This document shows, piece after piece, positions 1-8,516 of a stretch of 64,000 nt of DNA (within the stretch, counting starts at the first letter, position 1; every line of letters starts with the position of its first letter). The stretch lies in contig JACMQX010000001.1 in the NCBI GenBank assembly GCA_014376765.1, positions 2,052 through 66,051 on the forward strand, in the 5' to 3' direction. This DNA is from Ramlibacter sp. (GTDB lineage Bacteria; Pseudomonadota; Gammaproteobacteria; Burkholderiales; Burkholderiaceae_C). Under the pieces are notes generated by a model, which was not told the DNA's origin, made no database searches, and was given only the letters and a program-made list of their open reading frames with translations. Made by a program: the position numbers and the translations under genes.

Positions 1-362
1 TCGGTCAGAACGGCTTCGCCTTGCATGGTCATGAGTGCCGGCGTGCCGACCGTGACGGGCAGCGCCACGCCCGCATTGACGCCGGCAGGGGCCGGGCCGT
101 GGAAGTGGGCGGCGGTCACGGGGCCGGTGAGGCCGGAGTAGGTGGCCTTGTAAGTCAGCGTCATGGTGGACTGTTTCCAGCTGGCTTCAACCGTGCCCTT
201 GCCGTAGCTTGGGTTGGCCGGCACTTCATTGGCCGCGCTCAGCTCTGCCTCGAAAATGGTGGTGCTCATTGACGGGCGGCTTGCTGCGCAGCCAGACAGC
301 AGGGCTGCGCCCATGACGGCGGCAGCCAGGGACGTGCGCAGGAAGGTTTGACGATTGATCAT
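1..362 (-). CDS. CHRD domain-containing lipoprotein (partial; C-terminal part runs off the window start)
   Basis: Own minus-strand translation from ATG at 362: MINRQTFLRTSLAAAVMGAALLSGC (signal peptide + lipobox), then FEAELSAANEVP...TGPVTAAHFHGPAPAGVNAGV, a CHRD-type signature. GGAG lies about 10 nt upstream. Absent from the ORF track because it is open at the window edge. Confidence 0.6.
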   Translation of the reverse strand, partial: MINRQTFLRTSLAAAVMGAALLSGCAASRPSMSTTIFEAELSAANEVPANPSYGKGTVEASWKQSTMTLTYKATYSGLTGPVTAAHFHGPAPAGVNAGVALPVTVGTPALMTMQGEAVLT

Positions 363-541
363 GATTTGTTTGCTCCAGGAGACAACAGGTTGACGGAAGC
401 CACCATCATGTTGGCGGTGACCGACATAAATTGTAGGACGCCACCGGCGCCCCGTGTCAGCAATCCGCACTCACCGCGGGTTCGCCCCAGCCCATTCCCC
501 GCAAGCAGCGCAGGCATTTCGCAAATGTGGTAAGCCGAAGA

Positions 542-565
542 GGTGTACAAAAAGGTGTACAAAAA
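542..565. repeat. Perfect tandem 12-nt direct repeat GGTGTACAAAAA x2, each copy containing the palindrome TGTACA
   Basis: Read directly at 542-553 and 554-565. Intergenic, about 180 nt upstream of the CHRD gene start. Confidence 0.8.
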
Positions 566-594
566 AACGGCACGCGACACAAGGCCGGTGCCGT
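561..594 (-). terminator. Putative rho-independent terminator of the PA2169-like gene
   Basis: On the minus strand, ACGGCAC (594-588) pairs with GTGCCGT (573-567) as a 7-bp stem with a 14-nt loop, followed by a T7 run (A-run 561-567 on plus). It lies about 80 nt after the stop at 673. Confidence 0.5.
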
Positions 595-672
595 TCGCGC
601 CATCCTGGCGCAAAGCTCTGGGTGGGGCATGTTGCCCCTGGTTATAATCCGGGCGAGTGCCCGCCCGGGTGC

Positions 673-1611
673 TTACTTTGCAGCTCTGAGCGTGTCGCGC
701 AGTGCCTTGACCAGGTCGTGATTACGCTGGGCGCCCTGCATCTGGCGCTCGAGCATGGCCTTGATGCCCGCGGGCAATTCCTGCTTGAGGGCACTGCGGT
801 AGCGGCCCAGGGAGACGTCCTCGCCGCGCTCGCACTCCTCCAGCATGGCCAGATCGCTGTAACCGGTGAGCGTGCCGCGAACTGCCACCCATCCACGGTG
901 CAGCGAGCCACCGGCGGTGCCGCCTTCGTCAGTCGTGCCGCCCAGGCGCCGAATCTCGGCGGCCAGCTCTGCTGCAGCAGCGCGGCATTCGTCCGCGTGG
1001 CGCAGGAACAGCGTTTTTACGTCTTGTGCCTTGGTGTGCTCTGCGCTGGCGCGAAAGCCATACTCGCCATCACGGCAGTTTTCCAGCACTTCATTGAGTG
1101 TGTCGATGGTGTCATCGTTGTCGACGCTGGAGTTGGGTGTGGACTGGCTCTGGTCGATGCGGTTCCATGCCGCACGCGTGGCTGCACGGGCCTGGGGCCA
1201 TGACAGGCTGGAGCCATCGCGGCGGGTTTCCCAGTCTGCTGCAAGGCTGGGTTCAACGGCGTCAAAGTCGCCGCTGTAGCTGTCGCGTCCGCCCCAGCCA
1301 AGGCGGTAAGCCGGGCCGTAGTCGTCAAAGGTGCGGCCTTGCTCGTAGTAGCTTTCATTGCGGAAGGTGCCACGCCAGTAGGCTTCTTCAGCGGTGGGGT
1401 TGACGGCTTCAGCCGCGGCCTTGCCGCCAAGTCCACCCACCACTGCGCCAGCAATGGCGCCCACCAAGGCACCCGCAGGGCCAGCCAGAGCACCCGCAGC
1501 GGCGCCCGCAACTGCGCCTCCAGCAGCAGCGCCCAAGCCGGTGCCTATGGGGTGTGCACCCGGCTCATTGCTGATCGGGTCGCGGTTCATGTCTTTGTCT
1601 TCTGCTGCCAT
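673..1611 (-). CDS. PA2169/DUF2383-family (ferritin-like four-helix bundle) protein with a Gly/Ala-rich glycine-zipper N-terminus
   Basis: ORF 673..1656. Preferred start is MAAEDKDMNRD at 1611, preceded by AAGGAG. The N-terminus is GAAAGGAVAGAAAGALAGPAGALVGAIAGAVVGGLGG. The C-terminal 140 aa (DTLNEVLENCRDGEYGFRASAE...LERQMQGAQRNHDLV) resembles the PA2169 family. Confidence 0.7.
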   Translation of the reverse strand: MAAEDKDMNRDPISNEPGAHPIGTGLGAAAGGAVAGAAAGALAGPAGALVGAIAGAVVGGLGGKAAAEAVNPTAEEAYWRGTFRNESYYEQGRTFDDYGPAYRLGWGGRDSYSGDFDAVEPSLAADWETRRDGSSLSWPQARAATRAAWNRIDQSQSTPNSSVDNDDTIDTLNEVLENCRDGEYGFRASAEHTKAQDVKTLFLRHADECRAAAAELAAEIRRLGGTTDEGGTAGGSLHRGWVAVRGTLTGYSDLAMLEECERGEDVSLGRYRSALKQELPAGIKAMLERQMQGAQRNHDLVKALRDTLRAAK

Positions 1612-1839
1612 TTTGGTGCTCCTTGAAGGGGTGATGAAAAAGCGTGTTGGCGGCACAGGGGTGTCCCGCTTTCGGCTTGCAAACTAGATGGTCAGCCTGC
1701 CGCGCACGCCTGTCAGTCAGGCAAGCGGTATGGCGGCTGTAGGAAAACAGGCCGGTTTCCGGCTGGGCAGGTACGACTCATGCCGCCTGTTGGGGTCGCA
1801 CCGGTGGCAGCGCTGCGCTTCGTGCCGTAGAGTCGCCGG

Positions 1840-2901
1840 ATGAACACACCACGCCATGCTTATGAAGACCTGATCAATTACGCCATGCAGCTGCTGGTGC
1901 GCTCCGGACTGGACGAGGACAAGGCCCGCGCCGTGGCCGACATTCTGGTGGAGGGCGACCTGCTGGGCCACACCACACACGGCCTCGCATTGCTGGCGCC
2001 CTATCTGGGCGAGCTTGAATCGGGCGGCCTGCGCAAGCATGGCGAGCCTGAGGTCGTGTCGGACTTTCCGGCCGCCATCACCTGGGACGGTTGCCGCCTG
2101 CCCGGCCCCTGGCTGGTGCTCAAGGCCATGGCAGAGGCGATCGAGCGCGCAGCCACCGAGGGCACCTGTACCGTCGTCATCCGGCGCAGCCACCACATCG
2201 CATGCCTGGCGGCCTATCTCAAGCGCGCAACGGACCAGGGGCTACTGATGCTGCTGACCTGCTCGGACCCGAACAGCGCCAGCGTCGCACCCTTCGGCGG
2301 GCTGGACCCGGTGTTCACCCCGAACCCGATTTCTGCCGGCATCCCCACCGGCGGCCTGCCGGTGCTGATGGATGTGTCCACCTCCGCCACCACCAACGGC
2401 CTGACCGGCAGGCCCCACAAGGAAGGCGGCCGCCTGCCTGCAGAGTGGGTGATGAATGCGGGCGGCGCCGCCAGCAACGACCCGGGCGTGCTTTTCACCA
2501 AACCACCGGGCACCATCTTGCCGCTGGGCGGGATGGACTCGGGGCACAAGGGCTATGGACTCACGCTGCTGGTTGAAGCGCTGACCGGCGGCCTCGCAGG
2601 CCACGGCCGCGCCGACCCGCGGGAGGGCTGGGGCGCCACGGTGTTCCTGCAGATCATTGACCCCCGCGCCTTTGCCGGCGCAGATGCCTTCACGCGGCAA
2701 ACGAGCGCGGTAGCGGATCAGTGCCGCGCCTCACGTCCGGCCAAGGCCGGCACGCCGGTTCGCACGCCGGGTGAAAAAGGGGTGAGCCTTTCACGCGAGC
2801 AGATGCTGCATGGCGTTGCGTTGTACCCGGCCATCATGCCGCTCCTGGCGCCATGGGCTGCCAGGCTGGGTGTGGTGGCGCCGCAAGCGCTGGCCAGCTA
2901 A
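1840..2901 (+). CDS. Ldh family (malate/L-lactate dehydrogenase type 2) oxidoreductase
   Basis: 353-aa ORF with Ldh_2-like motifs: GHTTHGLALLAPY, IRRSHHIACLAAY, NPISAGIP, GGxDSGHKGYGL. Confidence 0.8.
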   Translation: MNTPRHAYEDLINYAMQLLVRSGLDEDKARAVADILVEGDLLGHTTHGLALLAPYLGELESGGLRKHGEPEVVSDFPAAITWDGCRLPGPWLVLKAMAEAIERAATEGTCTVVIRRSHHIACLAAYLKRATDQGLLMLLTCSDPNSASVAPFGGLDPVFTPNPISAGIPTGGLPVLMDVSTSATTNGLTGRPHKEGGRLPAEWVMNAGGAASNDPGVLFTKPPGTILPLGGMDSGHKGYGLTLLVEALTGGLAGHGRADPREGWGATVFLQIIDPRAFAGADAFTRQTSAVADQCRASRPAKAGTPVRTPGEKGVSLSREQMLHGVALYPAIMPLLAPWAARLGVVAPQALAS

Positions 2902-2971
2902 AGGTTTTTTGCGCGTCGTGCGGGGGCACGCACTTTCGTATGCATTCTTACCATTGCCCTAAACTGGGCTG

Positions 2972-4114
2972 GTGAATCTCCCCGCCCTGATCACTTTGAT
3001 GGTGCTGTCACACATCACCTTCACCGGCGGGCGCGTGGCCATCTCGCTGTTTGGCCTTGCACTGGGCGGCTCGGCCTTTGTGGTGGGGCTTCTGATCAGC
3101 CTGCTGGCCATCGTGCCGGTCTTCATCGCGGTGCCGGCCGGCCGCTGGACAGACCGCGTCGGGCCGCAAAAACCCATCGCCATTTCGTTGATCAGCATGT
3201 CAGCTGCCATGCTGCTGTCGGGCCTGTGGCCTTCCCTCAACAATCTGTATGTGACCAGCGTGCTGCTGGGCACCGGCTTCATGCTGATGCATGTGGCGGT
3301 GAACAACGCGGTGGGGCATCTGAGCACACCGGGCAACCGCACCCGGGCCTTCACGCTGCTGGCGCTGGGCTTTTCCACCTCCAGCATGTCGGGGCCGATG
3401 ATCGCCGGCTTCAGTATCGACCTGGCCGGACATGCACGCACTTTTCTCATTCTGGCGGGTTTCGGCCTGGTCGCACTGGCGCTGCTCTGGGCCGTGGGCC
3501 GCCGCGCGCAGGTGCAGGTGGAGCGCCCCCTGCCGCCGCCTGACTCGCATGTGATGGACCTGCTGCGCGACCCGCACCTGCGGGCCGTGTTCATCGTGAG
3601 CGGGCTGCTCAACATGGGCTGGGACCTGTTCACTTTCATGGTGCCGGTGCAGGGTGCGCGCATTGGCCTGTCGGCCTCCACCATTGGCGTGATCATGGGC
3701 ACTTTTGGCGCGGCAACCTTTGTGGTGCGTCTGGCCATGCCCTGGATCAGCCGCACTTTCAGCGAATGGCAGACGCTGGCCGGGGCGCTGACCATCACCG
3801 CATTTGTCTACTACCTGTTCCCGCTGTTCACGGCCGTGCCGATGCTGGTGGCGCTCGCCTTTTTGCTGGGCCTCGGTCTGGGCAGCGCTCAACCCATGGT
3901 GATGAGCCTGATCCATCTTGCGGCTCCCGCAGGCCGCACCGGCGAGGCGGTGGGTGTGCGCACCACCGTCATGAACGTCAGCCAGACCGCCCTGCCCCTG
4001 CTTTTTGGCGGCCTGGGTTCGGCGCTCGGCATGATGCCGGCCTTCTGGGCCGTGGCGCTGGCCCTGACGGTGGGCGGCGTGTTCGCCGCGCGGCGCAAGG
4101 GAAGGTTCGGCTGA
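2972..4114 (+). CDS. MFS transporter
   Basis: 380-aa polytopic hydrophobic ORF with a GTG start and MFS-type loop motif GRWTDRVGPQKP. The start codon is uncertain. Confidence 0.75.
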   Translation: MNLPALITLMVLSHITFTGGRVAISLFGLALGGSAFVVGLLISLLAIVPVFIAVPAGRWTDRVGPQKPIAISLISMSAAMLLSGLWPSLNNLYVTSVLLGTGFMLMHVAVNNAVGHLSTPGNRTRAFTLLALGFSTSSMSGPMIAGFSIDLAGHARTFLILAGFGLVALALLWAVGRRAQVQVERPLPPPDSHVMDLLRDPHLRAVFIVSGLLNMGWDLFTFMVPVQGARIGLSASTIGVIMGTFGAATFVVRLAMPWISRTFSEWQTLAGALTITAFVYYLFPLFTAVPMLVALAFLLGLGLGSAQPMVMSLIHLAAPAGRTGEAVGVRTTVMNVSQTALPLLFGGLGSALGMMPAFWAVALALTVGGVFAARRKGRFG

Positions 4115-4117
4115 AGG

Positions 4118-6690
4118 TTACTGCCCGGTGGCCGTCACGCCGCAGGACAGCAAGAAGGTCAGGCTGCCGCCAGCGCCAAAGGTGTCGAGCAACACGCCGG
4201 TGGGAGGGGTGGTGTTCTGCAACTGCGCGGCCGTGAGCCCCACGGGGCAAGCGGTGGCGGACCCTGCCGCCACACACGACGGCGGTGCCGTGCATTGCAG
4301 GCCGATGGCGACGGGGTCGTACAGGCGCGCGCCATCAGCCGGGTAGCTGCCTGTGTTGGTCACCACAATGGTGTAGGCCGTGGTGGTGCCGGCAACGAGT
4401 GAGCTGACGCCGTTGCTCTTTGTGATCGCCAGGTTGGTCGCGCCGATCTTCGTGACCACGCTGGCCGTGTTGTTGGCCGGCGTTGTGTCGGTGATGCCGC
4501 TGGGCGCGATCACCGAGGCGGTATTGGTCACGCCGGCCACGGTGGTGGCCGCACTGGTCACCGCTGTCACGGTGATGGTGAGGCTGCTGGCGTTGTTGAT
4601 GCTGCCCGTGAGCGAAATTGCATTGCCGCTGCCGCTGGCGGTGCCGCAAGTTGCGGTGCCACCGCTGTTTGCGCAAACCCAGGTCACGGTGCTGAAGTTA
4701 TTGGGCACCGTGTCAGCGATGGTTGCCGTGCTGACATTGGACGGCCCGCCGTTCGATACGGTGAGCAGGAACTGCACTGTGGTGTTGAGCGGCACAACGT
4801 TGGCCAATGTGGTGGCAAACGCCCCCGAATTGCCCTGGCGCTGCGTCTTGGTGATCTGCAGGTCGGCGTTAAGCGGCACGCTGTCGGCAGCGCAGCCGTA
4901 ATTGGGCACGTCTACATCCGTGCAAAGCGCCGCCGTCAAGACGGTTGGATAGGTGTTGTTCTGCGGGTCGGTGCCGTTGGTGCCGACCTTAGCGGCATTC
5001 AACAAGGGGTTGGTGGCGCCGGCGGCCACCGTCACGGTGACTGTGATCACGCTGGAAACACCCGCGTTCAGCGCGCCGAGGGTGTTGTTGCATGTCACGT
5101 TCTGGCCGGCAAACACGCAGGTGAACGGCGTGCCCGCCGCCACCGCGCTGATGGTCAGGCCTACCGGGACCACGTCCCTCAACCGCACAGTGTTCACGGC
5201 CGAGGCGCTGCCACCTGAATTACGCACGGTCAAAACAAAGGCAAACGTATCACCAGGATTTTTCGACTGCGTGCCGGTGTGGACTTTGGTGAGCCTGACC
5301 TGAGGCGCGTCCTGCACGGTGTTGAGGTCAATCGCGCAACCGGGGCCGTTGCCATCGCTGATGCAGTTGTTGACATCGGTCGCCGACGGGCTGGTCGGCT
5401 TGGAGGGCGTTACGTCGCCGCCGCCGCCCACCCGCGCACGGTTGCGCTGCTGCACGCCTGCCGCAGCAGCGCCCACATTGGCGCTCAGGATGAAGCTCGA
5501 ACTGGAGCCCGCAGCGATCGGGACGCTGGAGGTGCACGATACGTCGGTCGTCGAGTTGCGCACGCAGGTCCAGTCGACGCCATTGAGCCCGGCGGGCGAG
5601 AACGGCGTGCCGGCGCCTACATAGGTCATGGTGCCGGGCAGCACATCACGGAAGTTGATGACGCCCGAGCTGGCCGCGCTGCCAATGTTGCTAACCACAA
5701 AAACATAATCGGTCGTGCCACCCAGGGAAACGAAGGGCTGGCCATCGTCCTTGGTCAGCGAGAGGCTCACGTACTGCACGCTGTCGGTGTCGGCGGCGCA
5801 GCCGGTATTGGCGTCGGCGGAGGTGGTGGCCGGCGGCACTGGATCGGCGCAGGCCGTGACGCTGGCTGCGACCGGCGTTGACTTCAAAAGGCTGGGGTCA
5901 CCGCCGCCGCCCACCCGCGCACGGTTGGTGACGGACGAGGGTGCATTGGCGTCCACGCTCACCGTGAAGCTGATGGTGGCTGTGGCGCCCGCAGCCAGTG
6001 CGGTGGCCCGCGTGCAGGTCAGGGTGGGCGCGGCATTCGAGCACGAAAAGCCGTTGACGGTGGTGGTGCCGACGTAGGTCAGGCCTGTGGGCAAAACGTC
6101 CAGTACGGTGATGGTCCCGCTGGTGGGGGTTGTTCCGCCGTTGGTCACCACCAGCGAAAAGCTGACTGTCGCACCCTGCACGATGGTGGTGGTGCCGTCG
6201 CTTTTGGTGAGTGACAGGTTGGGCGCAACGACGGTGTCGGTGTCCAGCGCGCAGCCGGCCGGTGTGTTGTTGGCAGTACAGGCCGCTGCGGCGGCGATGC
6301 CCGCGGCCGCGTTGGCATAAAGCGGCTTGTTGGTGTCCCCGCCGCCGGCCACGATGGCCCGGTTGACCAGCGAGGGCCCGCCACCCGCCGCGACGCGGGC
6401 CGCGACGGCAAATGAGCTGGAGCCGCTACCCGGCACTGCACTGGTGGAGGTGCAGGTGATGTCGGTTGCATTGGCTGCGTTGCACGACCAGCTGGCCGCA
6501 TTCGGGCCTGTGACGCTCAAGGCCCCGGGAACGACCGACAGGCCGGTGGGCAACTGGTCCGACACGGTCAGCGTGCCCAAGGTTGCGCCTATGCCGGAAT
6601 TGAACACTGTGAAGGTGTAGGTCGTGGTGTTGCCTGCCGTGACTGATGTGACGCCGTCGCTCTTGCCCAGCGTCAGGTTGGGGCCGCACT
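4118..6690 (-). repeat. Array of six DUF11-like protein repeats inside the giant CDS
   Basis: Module starts, read from the plus-strand complement of L(T/G)K codons, lie at about 6690, 6230, 5770, 5305, 4870 and 4445. A 27-nt exact DNA repeat CCGCCGCCGCCCACCCGCGCACGGTTG occurs at 5418-5444 and 5901-5927 (encodes NRARVGGGG). Confidence 0.7.
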
Positions 6691-8326
6691 GGGCCGCCGG
6701 CGGCGCGCCGGGTATGTTGGGCGCGAGGAAAGCCGTGAGGCCGCCGTTGAAGCCGGTGGAGCCGTAGTTTTCTTCCGGGGTGAGGTTGCTCATGGTGCGC
6801 CCCGGCGCGCCGCCGTTGACGCCGGCCGAGATCGACATGCTGGTCGGCGCATAGGCAATGAAGCCGCCGCCGCCCGCCCCGCCTGGCCCGTGCCGCCCGG
6901 CCAGACCGCCTGCGTTGCCAGCCCAGGCGTTGCCACCATCGCCACCGGTCGCGTCTACCGTGGCATTGCCGCCGTTGCTGGTCTGGATCACGACGGAGCC
7001 GCCAGCGCCGCCTCCGCCGCCCGCATCGTTCAACACGTTGTAGCCGTGCGCACCGCGTACGTCGATGGTGCCTGCGCCATTGATCGCACGCGCCCGGATG
7101 ATGACGATGCCGCCACCCGTTGCGCCCGACGAGCAGATGCCCGCGCCCAGACTGCAGGCCACGCCGTTGTTGGTGTAGACGGCGTTATCGGCTGTGCCGT
7201 TGTTGGTGCCGCCCGCGCCGCCGCCGCCGCCCATGAACACCCGGTTGAACGCCAGCGTGCCGGCATAGCCCGCACCGCCGCGCCCCCCTGTGTCCTTCAG
7301 CGGATCGTTCCAGGGGCGCCCGCCGATGCCGCCCGGGCCATAGTTGCCGCCTCCGCCACCGCCTGCGTTTTCGTCGTTGCCGTTGCGTGCATCGCGCCCG
7401 TCGGTTCCGCCGCCACCTGCATTGCCAGGCGCGCCGGCGGCGTAGGAGCCGCCGGGGTAGCCTTCAAACGTGCCGGTGGTCAAGGCAATGGCCGGCGCCA
7501 CAGTGTTGCGCACCGCCCAGCCCGAGGTCAGGGTGGCAAGCTGGATGGGCGTGCCGATAAAGCCCTCGCCCTTGCCACCATTGGTGAGGGCGGTCGACAG
7601 CGTGACGTAGTCGGTACTGGCGCCGCTGTTGCCGGTCAACTGAACACCCGCTGCGCCCCGAAACCCCTTGCCCGCCGTGAAAAACGCGGCTGACTGGCCC
7701 TCGACTGCACTATTCGTCAGGGTCAGGGTGTCGCGCACATCCACAGCCACCACGCCGCCTGTCGCGCCATTCCAGGGCGGCGTGTAAATGCCGGTCGCAT
7801 TGAGCGAGGTGTACTGCGGCACACGGACGACCTGGTAGCTCTGCTGCGCAGTGCTGGCCGTGGCCGCAGCCCGCACGTAACCATTGGTCAGCGGCGGGGA
7901 GAAGGCGAAGGGAGCGGTCGAGGTGACACGGACAAACTCGAAAAGACCCGCCTGGCCCACGCTGGTCGAGCCCTGGCCATTGCCAGTGGCGTTGCCGTAG
8001 TTGCTGGTGTTGGAGGAGTTGATGGTGCCATCCTGCATCTGGATGACCATCAGCAGGTCGCCAACGACCACTGCTGTATTCAAACCGCGCGCATCGGGCG
8101 TCCCCAATACGAGGGTGGTGGCGCCCACGGCCAGGCTGCTGGTGCCCGGGTAGTAGTTATTGACGATGCCGGTATTGGGGCCGGTGCCGAGATTGCTGGC
8201 GGCAGGACACACCTGCGCAGCTGCGGGAAGCGCAAAAATGAGCAAGGCCAACGTGGCCAGGAGACGGCGCCAAGAAACCGCTGCAAAAACCGCAGCGGGT
8301 CCGGCACACCCAAGAATTACATCCAT
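4118..8326 (-). CDS. Very large secreted surface protein: N-terminal Gly-rich (predicted beta-solenoid-like) region plus six DUF11-type repeats
   Basis: 1402-aa ORF. Signal peptide LLATLALLIFALPAAAQV. Residues ~300-540 are rich in GGGGG/GAGG runs. These are followed by six ~140-aa modules, each starting xLxLTK(S/D)DG and containing (Y/F)xFxVxNxG and LP(T/V)GL motifs. Confidence 0.85.
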   Translation of the reverse strand: MDVILGCAGPAAVFAAVSWRRLLATLALLIFALPAAAQVCPAASNLGTGPNTGIVNNYYPGTSSLAVGATTLVLGTPDARGLNTAVVVGDLLMVIQMQDGTINSSNTSNYGNATGNGQGSTSVGQAGLFEFVRVTSTAPFAFSPPLTNGYVRAAATASTAQQSYQVVRVPQYTSLNATGIYTPPWNGATGGVVAVDVRDTLTLTNSAVEGQSAAFFTAGKGFRGAAGVQLTGNSGASTDYVTLSTALTNGGKGEGFIGTPIQLATLTSGWAVRNTVAPAIALTTGTFEGYPGGSYAAGAPGNAGGGGTDGRDARNGNDENAGGGGGGNYGPGGIGGRPWNDPLKDTGGRGGAGYAGTLAFNRVFMGGGGGAGGTNNGTADNAVYTNNGVACSLGAGICSSGATGGGIVIIRARAINGAGTIDVRGAHGYNVLNDAGGGGGAGGSVVIQTSNGGNATVDATGGDGGNAWAGNAGGLAGRHGPGGAGGGGFIAYAPTSMSISAGVNGGAPGRTMSNLTPEENYGSTGFNGGLTAFLAPNIPGAPPAAQCGPNLTLGKSDGVTSVTAGNTTTYTFTVFNSGIGATLGTLTVSDQLPTGLSVVPGALSVTGPNAASWSCNAANATDITCTSTSAVPGSGSSSFAVAARVAAGGGPSLVNRAIVAGGGDTNKPLYANAAAGIAAAAACTANNTPAGCALDTDTVVAPNLSLTKSDGTTTIVQGATVSFSLVVTNGGTTPTSGTITVLDVLPTGLTYVGTTTVNGFSCSNAAPTLTCTRATALAAGATATISFTVSVDANAPSSVTNRARVGGGGDPSLLKSTPVAASVTACADPVPPATTSADANTGCAADTDSVQYVSLSLTKDDGQPFVSLGGTTDYVFVVSNIGSAASSGVINFRDVLPGTMTYVGAGTPFSPAGLNGVDWTCVRNSTTDVSCTSSVPIAAGSSSSFILSANVGAAAAGVQQRNRARVGGGGDVTPSKPTSPSATDVNNCISDGNGPGCAIDLNTVQDAPQVRLTKVHTGTQSKNPGDTFAFVLTVRNSGGSASAVNTVRLRDVVPVGLTISAVAAGTPFTCVFAGQNVTCNNTLGALNAGVSSVITVTVTVAAGATNPLLNAAKVGTNGTDPQNNTYPTVLTAALCTDVDVPNYGCAADSVPLNADLQITKTQRQGNSGAFATTLANVVPLNTTVQFLLTVSNGGPSNVSTATIADTVPNNFSTVTWVCANSGGTATCGTASGSGNAISLTGSINNASSLTITVTAVTSAATTVAGVTNTASVIAPSGITDTTPANNTASVVTKIGATNLAITKSNGVSSLVAGTTTAYTIVVTNTGSYPADGARLYDPVAIGLQCTAPPSCVAAGSATACPVGLTAAQLQNTTPPTGVLLDTFGAGGSLTFLLSCGVTATGQ

Positions 8327-8516
8327 ACACCAACTACGATTTGTTACCTATTGTAATAACCTACGCACCCAGACTGCAAATGGATGCAACTAACAAATAC
8401 GTAAGTGTGATCTTTGGCGCGCTTTAGGCATCCATGTGGGCAGGCAGTGAGACCTGATCATGCGGCGGAGGGTCCCGGATCGAGTCCGGGCTGACAGCTT
8501 ACGAGGCCATTGCAAG

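Noticed and set aside
8471-8498. tRNA-like T-arm (CCCGG-ATCGAGT-CCGGG followed by CTGACAGC) in the spacer between the FtsH-like and giant genes. It could be a tRNA 3' fragment or island att site, or a terminator hairpin for the FtsH-like gene.
   Set aside because: No matching acceptor 5' strand, D-arm or anticodon arm is found in the preceding ~75 nt. The loop deviates from TTCRANY at the first base. No direct repeat of it is seen elsewhere in the window. As a terminator it lacks a U-run. It is most likely a fortuitous hairpin.
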